A stretch of 63,834 bases of DNA, counting the filler, from Craspedostauros australis (taxonomy: Eukaryota), in NCBI GenBank assembly GCA_030167865.1. It is 9 parts of 9 records of this genome, joined end to end, with 100 filler letters (N's around TTAATTAATTAA, not from the genome) between each part and the next. Parts side by side here need not be neighbours in the genome. Positions count along the whole stretch, not along the records: positions 46,015 to 49,189 come from JALAGF010004439.1; positions 49,290 to 58,441 come from JALAGF010004440.1; 7 more parts are not named here. One strand, 5' to 3'. Under the pieces are notes generated by a model. It saw only the letters and a program-made list of their open reading frames with translations. It did no database searches and was not told the origin of the DNA. Shown here piece by piece: positions 46,096 to 58,541 of the stretch (position 1 is the first letter of the stretch; each line of letters opens with the position of its first letter). The position numbers were made by a program, and so were the translations under genes.

Positions 46096-49000
46096 AGCAT
46101 CCTTGCCACTGGTCTCGTGGGATAGTACTCGAGGTCCGTGCCTTCAGCGGCTTACCTCCAAGTCACTCGTACTTCGTCCCTTCCGATCATCAGGATCCAC
46201 ATGATCCTGGCGTTCCTCAGGCGCTCATAGACTCGGCATCATTCCAGTGTTGATGTGCACGAATCTCTCTCGCCATCGCGTTCGCTCTCAACATCCTGAC
46301 TCGCTGCGGTGAAGTCGATCACTCTCATCCTCCATTGGATAGCATCGATCCTCATGCCTGCGACGTCCTTGATGATGATTGACCCGTCTTGGTCGAAGTT
46401 GGGTCCGTCTGTTGCCACTGGAGCGGTCATTGTCTCCTGTGCAGTTGCGTAGCCATCGTCATCTCCTGATTCTGATGCCTCTTTCGTCACCCTCGTTGGG
46501 TATTGGTACATTGTGGTCGGCTGCCAGCTCTGTCGTCATGTTGCCTTGCGACCACGCTGTCGATTGCCTTCATCCTCTTCTGGATAGCATCGATTCATCA
46601 TGCTGCAGCTTCTTCGTCATGGGAGTTGTTGGTGGCCTCCTGCCATTCATCCTCCATTCATCTGGGGTTCCTCCCTTCCGGCTCTGTCATTCGATTCTTC
46701 ATCCGACATGCCCACGTCTCTCTCATTGATCGCATATCGATGCGTCTTGACTCACCGTATCTGGAATCCGCCGTTCATGGCTCGCACTCTCATAGCTGTA
46801 TCCTTTCCAGATTCGTGTCTCTCTCTCATCGATCTCACTCTCATCGCACATCGATCTCATATCTGTGCTTGTAGTATCTCGCCGATCATTCGGCATCCGG
46901 TTCTTCTTGATCATCTGCCATGCTCATGCCATGGCTATATCACTGAACCGTACCATCATGGCCTCCCGCCATTCATTGCTCTTCTCGGGATCCACATGAC
47001 CCCTTCATTCGTCAATTGTGGTTGGATCCAGCATCATTGCGACATTTGGTTGCTCGGATCCCTCTTTGTTCTGCATGTAGTTCAATGCTTGATTCGCAGC
47101 GATGAAGTCACCCAAGCTCATCTTCTCATGAGTGGTGTCAATCGTCATGCCTGCGATATCTCTGTTGAATGTTGACCCTTCTGTGTGAGAGTTGGGTCCT
47201 CCTGTCGCCGGTAGTGTGGTAGTCATCTCTCGAGTGGTCTCATACCCCTCATCATTCTCTGATTCTGATTCTCCACCTGATCCGAGTTCTCGCTCCTCCT
47301 TCGGATGGGTGTATTGTTGCATCCCACGAGAGCACTCAGCATCCTTGGCATGTGCACGACAGGTTCTGCGATTGGGACTGTGTTTGGTGCGTTCCCAACC
47401 AAATCGTCTTGTCCCGTCTCATCGTCCCTTCCGGATTTATCGTCGTCGTCATCGTACGATTCATTGTCCCCTTGGGTAGGGAGCAAGTCATCTTGCCCTC
47501 GAGCAGCGTCTTCTGTATCTGTATCGTCTCCGGCTCTTCTGCTCTGATCAGCATCGTCGGTCTCCATGCTTCGGATGGTATCCGTTCGTCGCTCCCAAGT
47601 CACTCATCTATTTGGGGAAACATTCCCCAATGTAGAGTCGTCATCTCCCAGGTCTGTCAGTACTGACCTGTTGGCGTTCTTAATACTCTCAAATCGCCCA
47701 TTTGACTGATCCATCCATGTCATGTCTCTCATGATTAGGATTCTGGTCGTTGCCAGGTTCACTGTGCGGTCCATACCGCTTGCATGCGACTTCTGTATCC
47801 AATCAGCATCTGTTGGATTGGAAGTGAAGTTGCTGTTCTCCAGCATGTCGTTGATTGCGTACACATTGCGAGCCACGTCGAGTGCGCTCCGCACGCCAAT
47901 CTCATGCATCATGTAGTGCTTATGCATCATGTAGTGCAACCCGCATGGGTGCACTCATCTGCACAGTCGACTCTCGAATTCGTCGATCGCTTCGTAGCAG
48001 ATCATCGAAAGCTCGACGCGCACATCGGTGGCAGAAGCCATGCTGCTCAACGAGTATCGAGCCAAGAGGCAGATCGGACCTGCATTCGTGTGCAGTCCTC
48101 TGCGCTCCTCATCACTCGTTCGCCTTCGTTGTAGTTGGCGTTGCCATCTTCCTCTTCATTCTCGGATGAAAAGGGTCCTCGGTTGATCAACCCCATCGTG
48201 ATCGTTCGTAGTGGCCATACACTCCTGGAGTGTACTCGGCTATCTCCTCCCTGGTCCACTCGTAGTCGTTGACTGGTGTTCCGCTGTCGAAGTCGGAAAC
48301 CCCATCATTGTTGATTGTTACGAGTGCCATGTTGTTCGTGATCGCGTTGTCGTCGCGAATCATCGTGTAGTTTCACATGTTCACATTTTGGTCGTGGTTC
48401 GCGATTTCGGTGATGGCCACGAATTTCGTGTTGGTCACATTTTTGGTGCCGACCACATTTTCGTTGATGGGCATGGACATCGGCTCGTCGTTTGTGATGA
48501 GAGCGATGTCATCCATCCCGTCTGGCGCGACCTTGGCCGACCCGGCTTCCTTCATCTCACTATTGTGGGCATCGCGGTTAGGACATCTACTCCTGAACCG
48601 ACCGATCCGTTGTCAGTGTCATCTTTCTCTCACTCTCTCAATGCCGTTGCCTCGTGCGCACTTATAACCGTGTTTGATACGGCGGCGGTCGTAGATGAGG
48701 CTCATGGCTCTGCGGATGTCTGGAATCATCGTCTTCTCCGATGGCGAGGACACCTCTTGTTCCTCGTCTTTCGTATTGAGCCTAGGATCGAAGCGCGGAA
48801 GGACCTCCCGTCCAGCTTGTTCCAGCGCTTTCCCTTCTCGTCGAAGCACACACTTCCTGTGTTGCTATTTTCGTTGTTGTTGCCAATTCTTGGCCTGGTA
48901 GGTTGCATCCTTACCATCTCGATCATCTCACAGTAGGAATCGCAGCCAGCCCTCGAGCATGTATCACTCGATGGCAGTCGGTGCCACGTGATCATCTCGA

Positions 49001-49189
49001 TGCTTTCCGTTGACTGCTCCTCGCGTCACTCTTGATGTGATTGCGACCATGGGCCATGCCCATCCCTGTGTAGATCTTGATTGCTCTTCATCTTATCATC
49101 CCTGTCTGCATGCTCGTGCTCGATTGCGTCGCGCGCGCCATGCGCACAGACGTTCAGCATCAGCGATCTGGTGTTGCTCCTCGTCCATC
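46096..49189 (-). mobile_element. Decayed, internally deleted Copia derivative, copy A
   Basis: Colinear and highly similar to about 58670-61770. Peptide remnants match the 42781-45914 element (AKVAPDGMDDIAL; SHASGMDRTVNLATTRILIMRDMTWMDQSNG). Confidence 0.85.
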
Positions 49190-49289
49190 NNNNNNNNNNN
49201 NNNNNNNNNNNNNNNNNNNNNNNNNNNNNNNNNTTAATTAATTAANNNNNNNNNNNNNNNNNNNNNNNNNNNNNNNNNNNNNNNNNNNN

Positions 49290-49970
49290 CCCCGAGATGG
49301 ACACGAGAGATCGGATGCTAGTCTTGTGCGTTTCCGAATGTTGGTCGATGCAGCTGCCACTGCTGTCAGCTTCACCGGTATTGTGATTGACGGAATTGCG
49401 TTTGTGGGTGCGGTCTCCATGGTGTGCGCCGCCTTGATCCAACGGAGAAAATCTCGGGACCGCAGGTGTTGGTTTCTCGAGGATCTTTTGGAATGCATGG
49501 TTCAGAACCCGTTGTTCCTTGTCCCTTCCGAGCAGGGTGACACGCGAGAAGTCCAAAGATGCTTGGGAGATCTCTGCCAACCTTCTAGCTGTGCGCATCC
49601 GATTGGTCTCTGTTGCGAGACCTGGCTGATGGCCGGGACGACCGATCGGCACGCTGTATCGGCTCGAGGACAAGGCATCGGTGACGAACTGGCGGGACCG
49701 TCCACTGTCCAAGTGTTGGGCGTTGGTATCGCTTCTGATGCTGAAGTCGGTGGACGTTGCGGGTGTCATCTCGAGGAAAGTCGATAGATTCGTGGCGAGA
49801 GACAAGCGCATATCATATCCCGTTGGATTGCATCTCCCATTGCTGGCGATTGGTGAAAGATGATCAAAGGAAGAAATAGTATCACCGTCGGCGGTGCGGG
49901 AAGTCATGGTCCCATCATCGTGTTTGTCGTCGCCGATTGGTGGCATGCAGGTATCATTGATCGTCGTCAT
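49290..49970 (-). CDS. 5' part of an AAA_16/STAND-like P-loop ATPase, cut at the Walker A motif by the contig end
   Basis: LDFSRVTLLGRDKEQRVLNHAF...SLVSISG fits the LxGRxxE...hhISGxSGxGK start of this family; the rest is missing. Confidence 0.7.
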
Positions 49971-52900
49971 GGTTGAGAGTTGCTTTCGTGTGGAGGGAGG
50001 CTGGATGCTCTGCTATTGCAGCAGATGTTATTCTCATCACGGAGGTTTACCTACATGGTTCACTCTTGTTCCCGTGTATCTTCGTCGCCAGCGCCAGCTT
50101 CGAGCACCGCACTGGGGTGGTGTGGTGTGATAGCGATGGTGACGATGGTGGGTGTTGGTACACAGTCGTATGAGTATGCACGCCTGGAACGTGTCTGCGT
50201 CTCCATCCTTGCAATTATCCACAAAGCCTGCACAGCTCCTCCAAATTGTTCGGTTTCAACAGGACAGCTTCAACTGCTCGTAGCATGACATAATTGGTTG
50301 GGCGAGAGGTATCATTGAGAACTTCATTGAATACGGAGCTAAGAACGTCGTTGAGAAACCGAATGTTGCGCCATAAGATCTACTTGTAGGGAGACATGGC
50401 GCGCATTAGTACTCGTACGTACAACCTACCAATCTCCACCCACGCCGGAATCTGAAGTGAACTCGCCAAAGCAGGCCGATGATGTTCGCACCTGGAAGAG
50501 GCAGCTCAGTGGTCATCCATCCCAGACAGCGACTGATGCATCCGCCACCAGCAACGTCGAGGATGACATCGATTCTTTCATACACTTTCGGGGATGGACT
50601 CGGGCCTTCCGATGGTGAGAGGCCGAAGAACAGGCAGTGTGATAACAAGTTCAACACTTCAAGAGCAGAACCGAGGAATTGTTTCTCAGAATCTCTCTAT
50701 CAATTTCTTGAACTCCTCATGGACCCTCGCGCCTCGAACAAACAGCTGTAGCCAACGTTTTTGGTGACAGTTGGTTACAACAACAATTCCGTGTAGAATG
50801 TAGTACATGTTCTACGTAAGTCCCGAACAAAAACAGGCCAATAACAGCATCATTCATAGTTAAACTCTCCGGACTTAGCTCGTGTGCGTGTTCCTGTACT
50901 AATCTTGCCATTGCATCATCACATGGCGTTTATATATACAATCCTAAAGTTTGGTGGCTGTTGCTCTCTTGCTCGGTGAGCGCTGATGTGATCTGTCAAG
51001 CATCCTTATCACTCACGGACGTTTTTGGCTTCTGGTTGGCGTGTTTTCTTGTTCTGGTTGTTCCAAACAACTGGTCCAATCATCGCTGACGTCATGATGA
51101 CGCAAGCATTGGAGCCAGAATTCTCCAAACTTGTCACCGAAAATCGAGATCCGAGTGGTCAAATATCATTCCGACCTCCACGCAAGCACTCAACACAAGC
51201 ATGCCACCACACCATCGCACTCAAACACAACATAGACCATATGGTTGTGACCGCCTTGGAGAGAGGATTCTGAAATCATATGTATTGTGCAGATTGGACC
51301 AAAGACCGCTAAGTCTGGAGACTTCAAAGATGGAGAGTCGAATTTCTAGAAAAAAGAGGCAAGATCCTATCGGAGTCCTGTAGAACCCTATGTGTAACCA
51401 ACTATCACCAACAAGATTCAACACAAACCCAGCCTGTCAGTCGTCCAAAGGAAAAACCACAGGTAGACCAGGAATGTAGGCATCTTCCCCAACACTCGTA
51501 CCAGGCTTTGGCATCAAGAGGGTCGGAGGCTCCAAGTCATCAAGGACATCACAAGGCAAGAGAGACAGCTCACATGTGCAGATTGACAGCCCTTGTCAGC
51601 AATGAGAGGATCACCAATTGGAAATCAAGCCGGCATGGTTCCATGGATGCAACGCTCTGTAGCTGCCGCCTCCACAAGCGCCATGGTTGGTGATGGCATC
51701 GGTGTTGGTCACGATGCTGCTGCTTCGAACGATGATGGTTTCCTCAACAGCGGAACGACATTGGATCACACAGTCAGCATTACTTCCTATGGGAGCCTCC
51801 CAGGCAGGGCAACCACATATCGTTCAGATTCACCCAACTGCAGGGATCTGCCATCAACATAACAAGCGCAAGACTTTCTCTGATACCACCAACCACCACG
51901 ACTTGACAAAGCCTTGCAGCATATCAACTGTGCATCATCAACCAGATGAACCTCAGGGACCGTGGTTTCAAGATGGCCGCCAAGCCACTCAAGATGGACT
52001 TTGTATGAACGGACGCCATCCAGCAGGCCGAAAAGATCCAAGTCGCCCGCCGTGATGTCGCCGTCCGCGTCTATTCCAGCTCGACCTGCTCAGTCTTCTA
52101 TTGCATTGTGTGCACGGACAGCTTGCACCAGGAGGAACAGAAACGAACCAGGCATGCACATACAAACACACATCAACAGAGTACATGACTATCTATAAAA
52201 TACATGCACAGAACAGATCTTTCCTTGCCAAGGCAACTGCCTTGAATGCAGAATGGGAGAAGGACTGAAAGGAGAGCAACTTCAAGGCTGACATTGAAAA
52301 GCCCGCTCCAGAAGGGAGCCGAGGAGCGCCTCGAGAACAATATCTCTGAACCCATGGCCAACGTTGAGAAGACCGGTGCCACTGAGAACTGAGCAGCACA
52401 CCAGCTACTGACGCAATACCATTGGATACGATACTGTATGGTACATACTGGTATGACTCCGTTGCGCCATCGGCACTGATGGCCACAGTGCACATGCATC
52501 ATACAAATGCAGCATTCACATACATATTACTACAGCTACAAATCAAACACACACAAGAACAACAACCAACCAACCAACCACCAACATAACCATACACAGA
52601 TCAATGTCTGCATGGCACAACAGCTTGTACGGACAGCGAAAAAGACACAAGAAATCTCTCCTTTCACTCGCTACCAGCATTGAACCAGCAGTGTAGTACA
52701 TGTAGGGCCGAGACTCTGAGACCCCCTTTTAACTCACAATACATCAATGAACATAAATAAACCCTGTAGATTCGCACACATCACCAATCCCCCGCCCCCC
52801 AATGCAAACGCTCCCTGCACGCACACGAATACATGGAGTACTCATGCAAGTATGTACTGATACTCCGCTGAGCACGAGTATAGTACATATGCAAGATAGT

Positions 52901-53329
52901 CTTCATCACATAAGCAACCAGAACAACGTTCCCGCAGTAGCTTTGTTTGGCGCCGCCACGTTACCTGCAGCATATGAATATACATAGAGTACTCGTAGTG
53001 CTCTGTGTAGTGCTGCAAGCTTGTGGCATTGTTGTGCATGGTCCAGACAAATCCTGTCCAAGTTCGGACACCCGCTGCGATCCCATGCCTCATGCGCCAT
53101 ACCTCATGCATACTCGTACACGTGCGAGCCATGGGACATCACTTCCTTGGCTCTCCACGCTTTGTTTTCACAGTCCATCTCCGAGTACAGACGCTTCACA
53201 TGATTGGCCCAATGCCACAGCCTGAGGCATGTGGCTCCAGCTAGTCCAATGCATCCAACGCATTCGCTCGCAGTATCTCGTCCTGCTCCTGCTACACTGC
53301 CGGCTTGATGATGTCCTGCTTCATCTACG

Positions 53330-55140
53330 CCATCAGTTCGCAATTGTTGCCATCGTAGGGAGCAAGCGCAGCCGATAGTTCCTCGTTCCGGGACCACAGT
53401 TGCTCAAATTCGGTAGCCAGCATGTAGGTACCACACAGATTGCTGTCCTTCTTTCCGATCTCCTCTTCGAATTCTTTCAATTGCTGCTCCATGCTTGTCA
53501 TCTGCAATTGGAGCAGGTTCATCTGCTCGCCTCTTTCAGAGACGGCGTTGTGTGCGGAGGGGAACTTGCGACGCACGCCGGACTGTCTCGTGCTGGACTT
53601 GGACATGGCAATTGCCTGCTGATGCTTCGGATCGAGAATCTCGTTCTCCCACAAATGCACATGGAGTCAAAGTCCATCTTGAAGGTCGAACAGTGAGGAT
53701 TCAGTTTCGGACAGCTTGAGCTTCGCCACTTCCAGGCCATTCCGTGATGATGCACTGATGATTTGCAGAGGAACTCGAGCTCGCAGATCCTTCCTCGTCC
53801 CATCACGGCAGGAGCGGCCATTTCATGTCATGTCATGTCACGTAAGGTGATTGAGGGATGGCGCACTGCATCAATCGTCTCCGCACCACCTTGCGATCCT
53901 TGCATGGCCTTTCTGAGATATGTCTGCAGATTCAGGATGACTGCGCCCTTCTGCTCCACCGCAGCCTGCTGATCCGCCAAGCTGCATTCCAGACATCCAA
54001 CACGATTCTGCAAGTCGCTAGTCAGGCCCATCTGCGTGTGCTGGTTCTGATTCTGGAGTTGGACCGGGCCTGGTTGAGCTGTCGCGACAACGAGGCGTAT
54101 TGATCGTCAAGAGCCTGGCGTTCTCCAGCCAGCCTCTGCATCTTGGCGACACCATCTGAGTCTCACTTGCGCCCTTGCTCTCCTCGAGGTTGGCATGGTC
54201 ACGTTGGAGACCTTCGATGATGTCATCCACTGTTGTTTGCGACTGTCCAACATGATTCATTTTGTTCACGCAGCTTGTTGCACTCTCGGGTGCCTGTTTC
54301 GAGCTCTGTCGCAGACTGCAGATCCGAGTTGGTCTCACAAAGAGCCTCCACTTCTTTGTCAGCAATCGTACCGCTGGATTGTGGCGCATCCTGAGCATGT
54401 CCCAACTTGATGATCGCACCGTCCCTCTCTTTGGTTGCATGCTGCAGCTTGACAATGAAATGTTCGCTGGAATTCATCTGCTCTCCTTGAGGTTGGCAAG
54501 GTCATGTTGAAGATCTTTGACAGTACTGTCCAGCATTGCTTGCGACTGTCTCATATGATCCATTTGCTCGCACAGCTCGTTGCGCTCTTGGGTACCTGTT
54601 CAAGTTCTGCATGCAGACTGCAAACACAAGTTGATCTGACAAAGAGCCTCCACTTCTTCGTCAGGCAACGCACGCTGGACTGCGACGCAGCCTGCGAATG
54701 TCCCAACTTGTTGATTGCAGTGTCTCTCTCTTTGGTTGCATGCTGAAGCTCGATGACAAAATGCTCACCAGCATCTCTTCACTCTCATCCAGCAACATCT
54801 TGTTGTCTTTGTTGGTCCATTCTTTAGCGTCAATGGCTGCTTGCAGTTCGATCTGAAATGTATCAAGGTGTGATCTTGCCTCCTGTAGGGCGGAGGCAAG
54901 GGCGCTTCCATGGCCTGGATTGGATTGCTGGTGCATGCGCAACACTGGTTGATGCCTTCAACCTTCTCTGCTTGCTCCTTCATCGCAATGGTCACTTGCT
55001 CCGTAGTACAAATAATGGAAATCTCCTTCTTGGCAGCGTTGGCTGTCACCTCTTTTGCTTCGAGCAGCTCCACAATGCGTGCCTTGTCCTTGGTGGACTG
55101 TGAATGGAGCTTAGCGACCGTCAGAGCATGTTGGCTTGTG
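53330..55140 (-). pseudogene. Decayed coiled-coil protein gene; boundaries approximate
   Basis: Chain of short frameshifted E/Q/K/L-rich ORFs (MEQQLKEFEEEIGKKD; KEVEALCETNSDLQSATELE; MELLEAKEVTANAAKKEI). Confidence 0.55.
54180..54780. repeat. Diverged tandem duplication, period about 302 bp
   Basis: AAAGAGCCTCCACTTCTT at 54339 and 54641, with colinear flanks. Confidence 0.85.
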
Positions 55141-55154
55141 ACAGTTGCCGTATG

Positions 55155-55796
55155 AGAAGCTGCTCAATGTCAACTCGCACATCTCCATTGGGTGTCTCCA
55201 ACCCTCCCACAAGCTGCTCCCCTCCTGTGTTCATGGCGGTGAGGCTTTTCACACAGGGACAATCGTGTACCAAGGCTGATTGAGCAACCCGGACAGACTG
55301 GAGCAATGGTGCTTGTGGTTGGATTGGTCTCCGACGATGATGCTTGAGCATTTTGAGCGGCTGGTCCAAGTTTGGCATTGTTGAGTTTGCCGGTGTTGGA
55401 AAGTGTTGGACAGTGATGGAACTGTGCCATAGCTTGTTGCCACCATAGCATCATTATTGCTGAAGCTGATGATGAAGCTGACGATGAAGCTGAAGCCGTC
55501 AAGATCTGCTGATGCAGAAGCTTCTCGATGCCGACTTGCACATCCCCATTCGGTGTCTCCAACCCTTCCACAAGCTGCCCCCCTCCTGTGTTCATGGCGG
55601 TGAGGCCTTTCACACAGGGACAATCATGTACCAAGGCTGATCGAGCAACCCAGACAGACTGGAGCAATGGTGCTTGTGGTTGGATTGGATTGATCTCAGA
55701 AGATGATGCTTGAGCGTTTTGAGCGGCTGGTCCAAGTTTGGCATTGTTGAGTTCGCCAGTGTTGGACAGTGATGGACAGTGATGGATCTGTGCCAT
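55155..55796. repeat. Direct repeat of about 275 bp, period about 360 bp
   Basis: 55155-55429 aligns with 55516-55796 with about 21 substitutions and one 5-nt indel (hand count). Confidence 0.9.
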
Positions 55797-56923
55797 TGTT
55801 TGTGGCGACCCCACTCTTGTCCCATTGTCGGTGTTGCTGTTCTTTTGCACAGCGTCCCCTTTGTGACCCAGTGTGCATCCCATTGGCAGGATTGCTGATG
55901 TTTCATGTGGCGTCCCTCTTCTGCGTCCCCTTGGGACGTTTTCCCCGCATCTGTTCCTGTTTCACCATTGTTGATATTTCATATCACGACTCTTGCTTCT
56001 TCTCTTCTGGACAATTGTCTCTGCATCTGTACCCATCGGCAGCATTGCTGATATTCATGTACTGTCCCCTTGTGCAACCCTTTAATTTGCGTGATAATCG
56101 AGCTTGGCACCAAGTAGGTGGACAGCCTGGTTGGGCTGGTAGTGATTGCGTCATGCATGTATCGACAAACGGATCGAAGCCGCTTGGGATCGTGTCATCA
56201 TCATTGCCATCGCCCATATTATCGTCATGTTGACTGGAGGCATGAGATATGCTAGCGAGAGTAATGTGGAGGCATCTGCTCGCTTTGCTATCTTGCTGCT
56301 CTGCAGTCTCCTTTCAGAACATGGTCAACAACAATGATGCTCTTCCACCATCGAGATCTTGATGGCGCCCATTCTGCTCTGGTTCTCGCCATCAAGGTCC
56401 AAGGTTTGGCCAAAATCAGTTGCTTCCATGGCATTGCCATGGCTGAAGTCGCCCATACCATTGTTGGGTACATCCAGCTCTTCCTCTGACGACGAACTGT
56501 CGATGGGGCCAACTGATGGATTCATGGTGCGCCCTGCTTTGTTCTGGACAGGTGCATGATGGATGAACGGCCTCTTGAGAGGGCCAATGTGACTGGTGAT
56601 TCATCATCGAAGGAAACGCCCCCAAAGTCGCCACCATCGTTTCTTCAGCCATCTTGCATGTCTCCATCATCAAAGTCATTGCTGCTGATGTTGATGTTGA
56701 TGTTGGCATTGCTGGAGCCAATCGATGGGCCAAAGAAGTCCATCTTGCTTTGCCCGATCCGACCTGAATAGAGTATGGTGCGTTGAAAGTGAGGAATGGT
56801 GAGCCGACGCTGTGCCAAAGGACCGAATGGAGAACTTAGACAGGAAAGCAGGGTGGAGAACATGTTCCCAATTGAATTCAATCTCTCTTTGCTTCATCAC
56901 CTCTGTGTTGTTGTTCGTTGTTG

Positions 56924-56990
56924 TGCTCAGTATCGTGGACTGCTCAGCATCGTGGGCTGCTCAGCATCGTGGGCTGCTCAGCATCGTGGA
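56924..56990. repeat. 17-bp minisatellite, 4 copies (TGCTCAGCATCGTGGGC)
   Basis: Direct tandem units with no spacers. Confidence 0.9.
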
Positions 56991-58541
56991 GCGTGGTACT
57001 GTCTTCGGTGGAGCTCTCGCAGAGTCTCCATGTTGGTGAGCATGGACGGAGGGATCGTGCCGACCTCCATCCACCCCAATCACACGATCTTTGCGGTTTT
57101 TGGCCTAAAATCGTGTTTTTGTGTCGTGGATGCCAGTTCGCATCAGATTTCTCGATCGGACTGAGCCATTTGAATTCTCGTTTCCGCCCAATCCAACTTC
57201 GCCGAATGGGTGTATTGGACAACACACAACAAGGCAGAAAGAGAGCGCACAACTCGAACAAGATCAACGATCTAACATTTCACCGTCCGAAGCTGGGGAG
57301 GCTACATTCGGCTACCATACTCTGCTCTCCTTCAAAGGTACTCAGCGTCAATCGATATCGCCATCAGCATCAGCATCGTTATAATAAGACCCGTGTGAGC
57401 GAAAAGCGGTGCGGTCCAGGCAGAATGCATTTTGGCCCAAGCTTGTACGGCCCCTCATAAAAATCAAAACCTATATTTATATACTTTATCGTTATGGTAA
57501 CATGATTCAGGTGTTAGATGGTGAGTCCAGGCCTTAGTTATAAAATTATAAGAGTGGAAATCTACTGTTTTAGAGGCAAAATACGGTGCAAGCGGACAGA
57601 CGTTTCCTTTTTTGGTGATCATGTCACCACACGTGGAACCCATTTCTATCTGATTTTCGCTTTCTTTGTGTTTTGCTTGGTGGGAAGCTTGATGGAGAAC
57701 AAGAATGTGTGCTCATTTGAACGTTACGGACGTTAATCGGAGTCGAGCCTACGATGACGTCGTGCTTGTTTTCGTTAAGTACGGTGTGATGTCACATGTT
57801 CCGTGGTGCGTGACATCGCCAAAGTTGCGTGTGGTTGGACAGACGTTCGAATTGACGTCTTCATTCCACCTGGTTCAGATCAGAGCTGATTTTCGCGTGT
57901 TCTTTGGTCGCAGAAGCGTGCGTTTGCCAATCCATTTCGAAGTGTGTGTTTGCGACACTGATCGTTGGAGTGCGAATGCAATCGACGATATTTGAAGTTT
58001 GTATGCTCTGCCGCAGTGATGCATTGTGGTCACTGTGAAAGGACAATTGCGATATTATTTTTCTTCGGTTCGATTCTCGCTTTCTCTTCCTTTTTTGCAC
58101 CGCACGTTTTTGCTGAGCGATCTCGTATCATACTCTTCTACATTCGTCACAACATCATGTGCGCTGCAGGCTCGACTCGCACCCTACTATTCTACTCTGC
58201 GTGATTTTGATTTTCTGTGTAGAATAGATCTGGATTGTTTGCCAACTGTTATCTTGCCGTACCAACGTAGCACACACATTCACCTGCGCTGCTGAATGGG
58301 AACGAGTATGATTGTTTCGTGGATTCTTGTTCCTGTGTAGTTTGTGCATGTCCAAGTGATTGCCGACCCCTCTGACTAAGTCACGTTGTGATCATTCATG
58401 TCAACAAACGACGCAGACCGTACACATCACCACATCCAAAANNNNNNNNNNNNNNNNNNNNNNNNNNNNNNNNNNNNNNNNNNNNTTAATTAATTAANNN
58501 NNNNNNNNNNNNNNNNNNNNNNNNNNNNNNNNNNNNNNNNN

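Noticed and set aside
51500..52400. Possible decayed gene on the plus strand (INQMNLRDRGFKMAAKPLKMDFV...)
   Set aside because: Looks coding but is fragmented, and I cannot assign a family.
56924..56990. 17-bp repeats as a CRISPR array
   Set aside because: No spacers, no cas genes, eukaryotic context; a plain minisatellite.
57390..58441. Possible DNA-transposon end (AAAATACGG) followed by LTR-like sequence, with GGTTCGATTC near 58067
   Set aside because: No matching second terminus or TSD found, and no tRNA cloverleaf around the T-loop-like motif.
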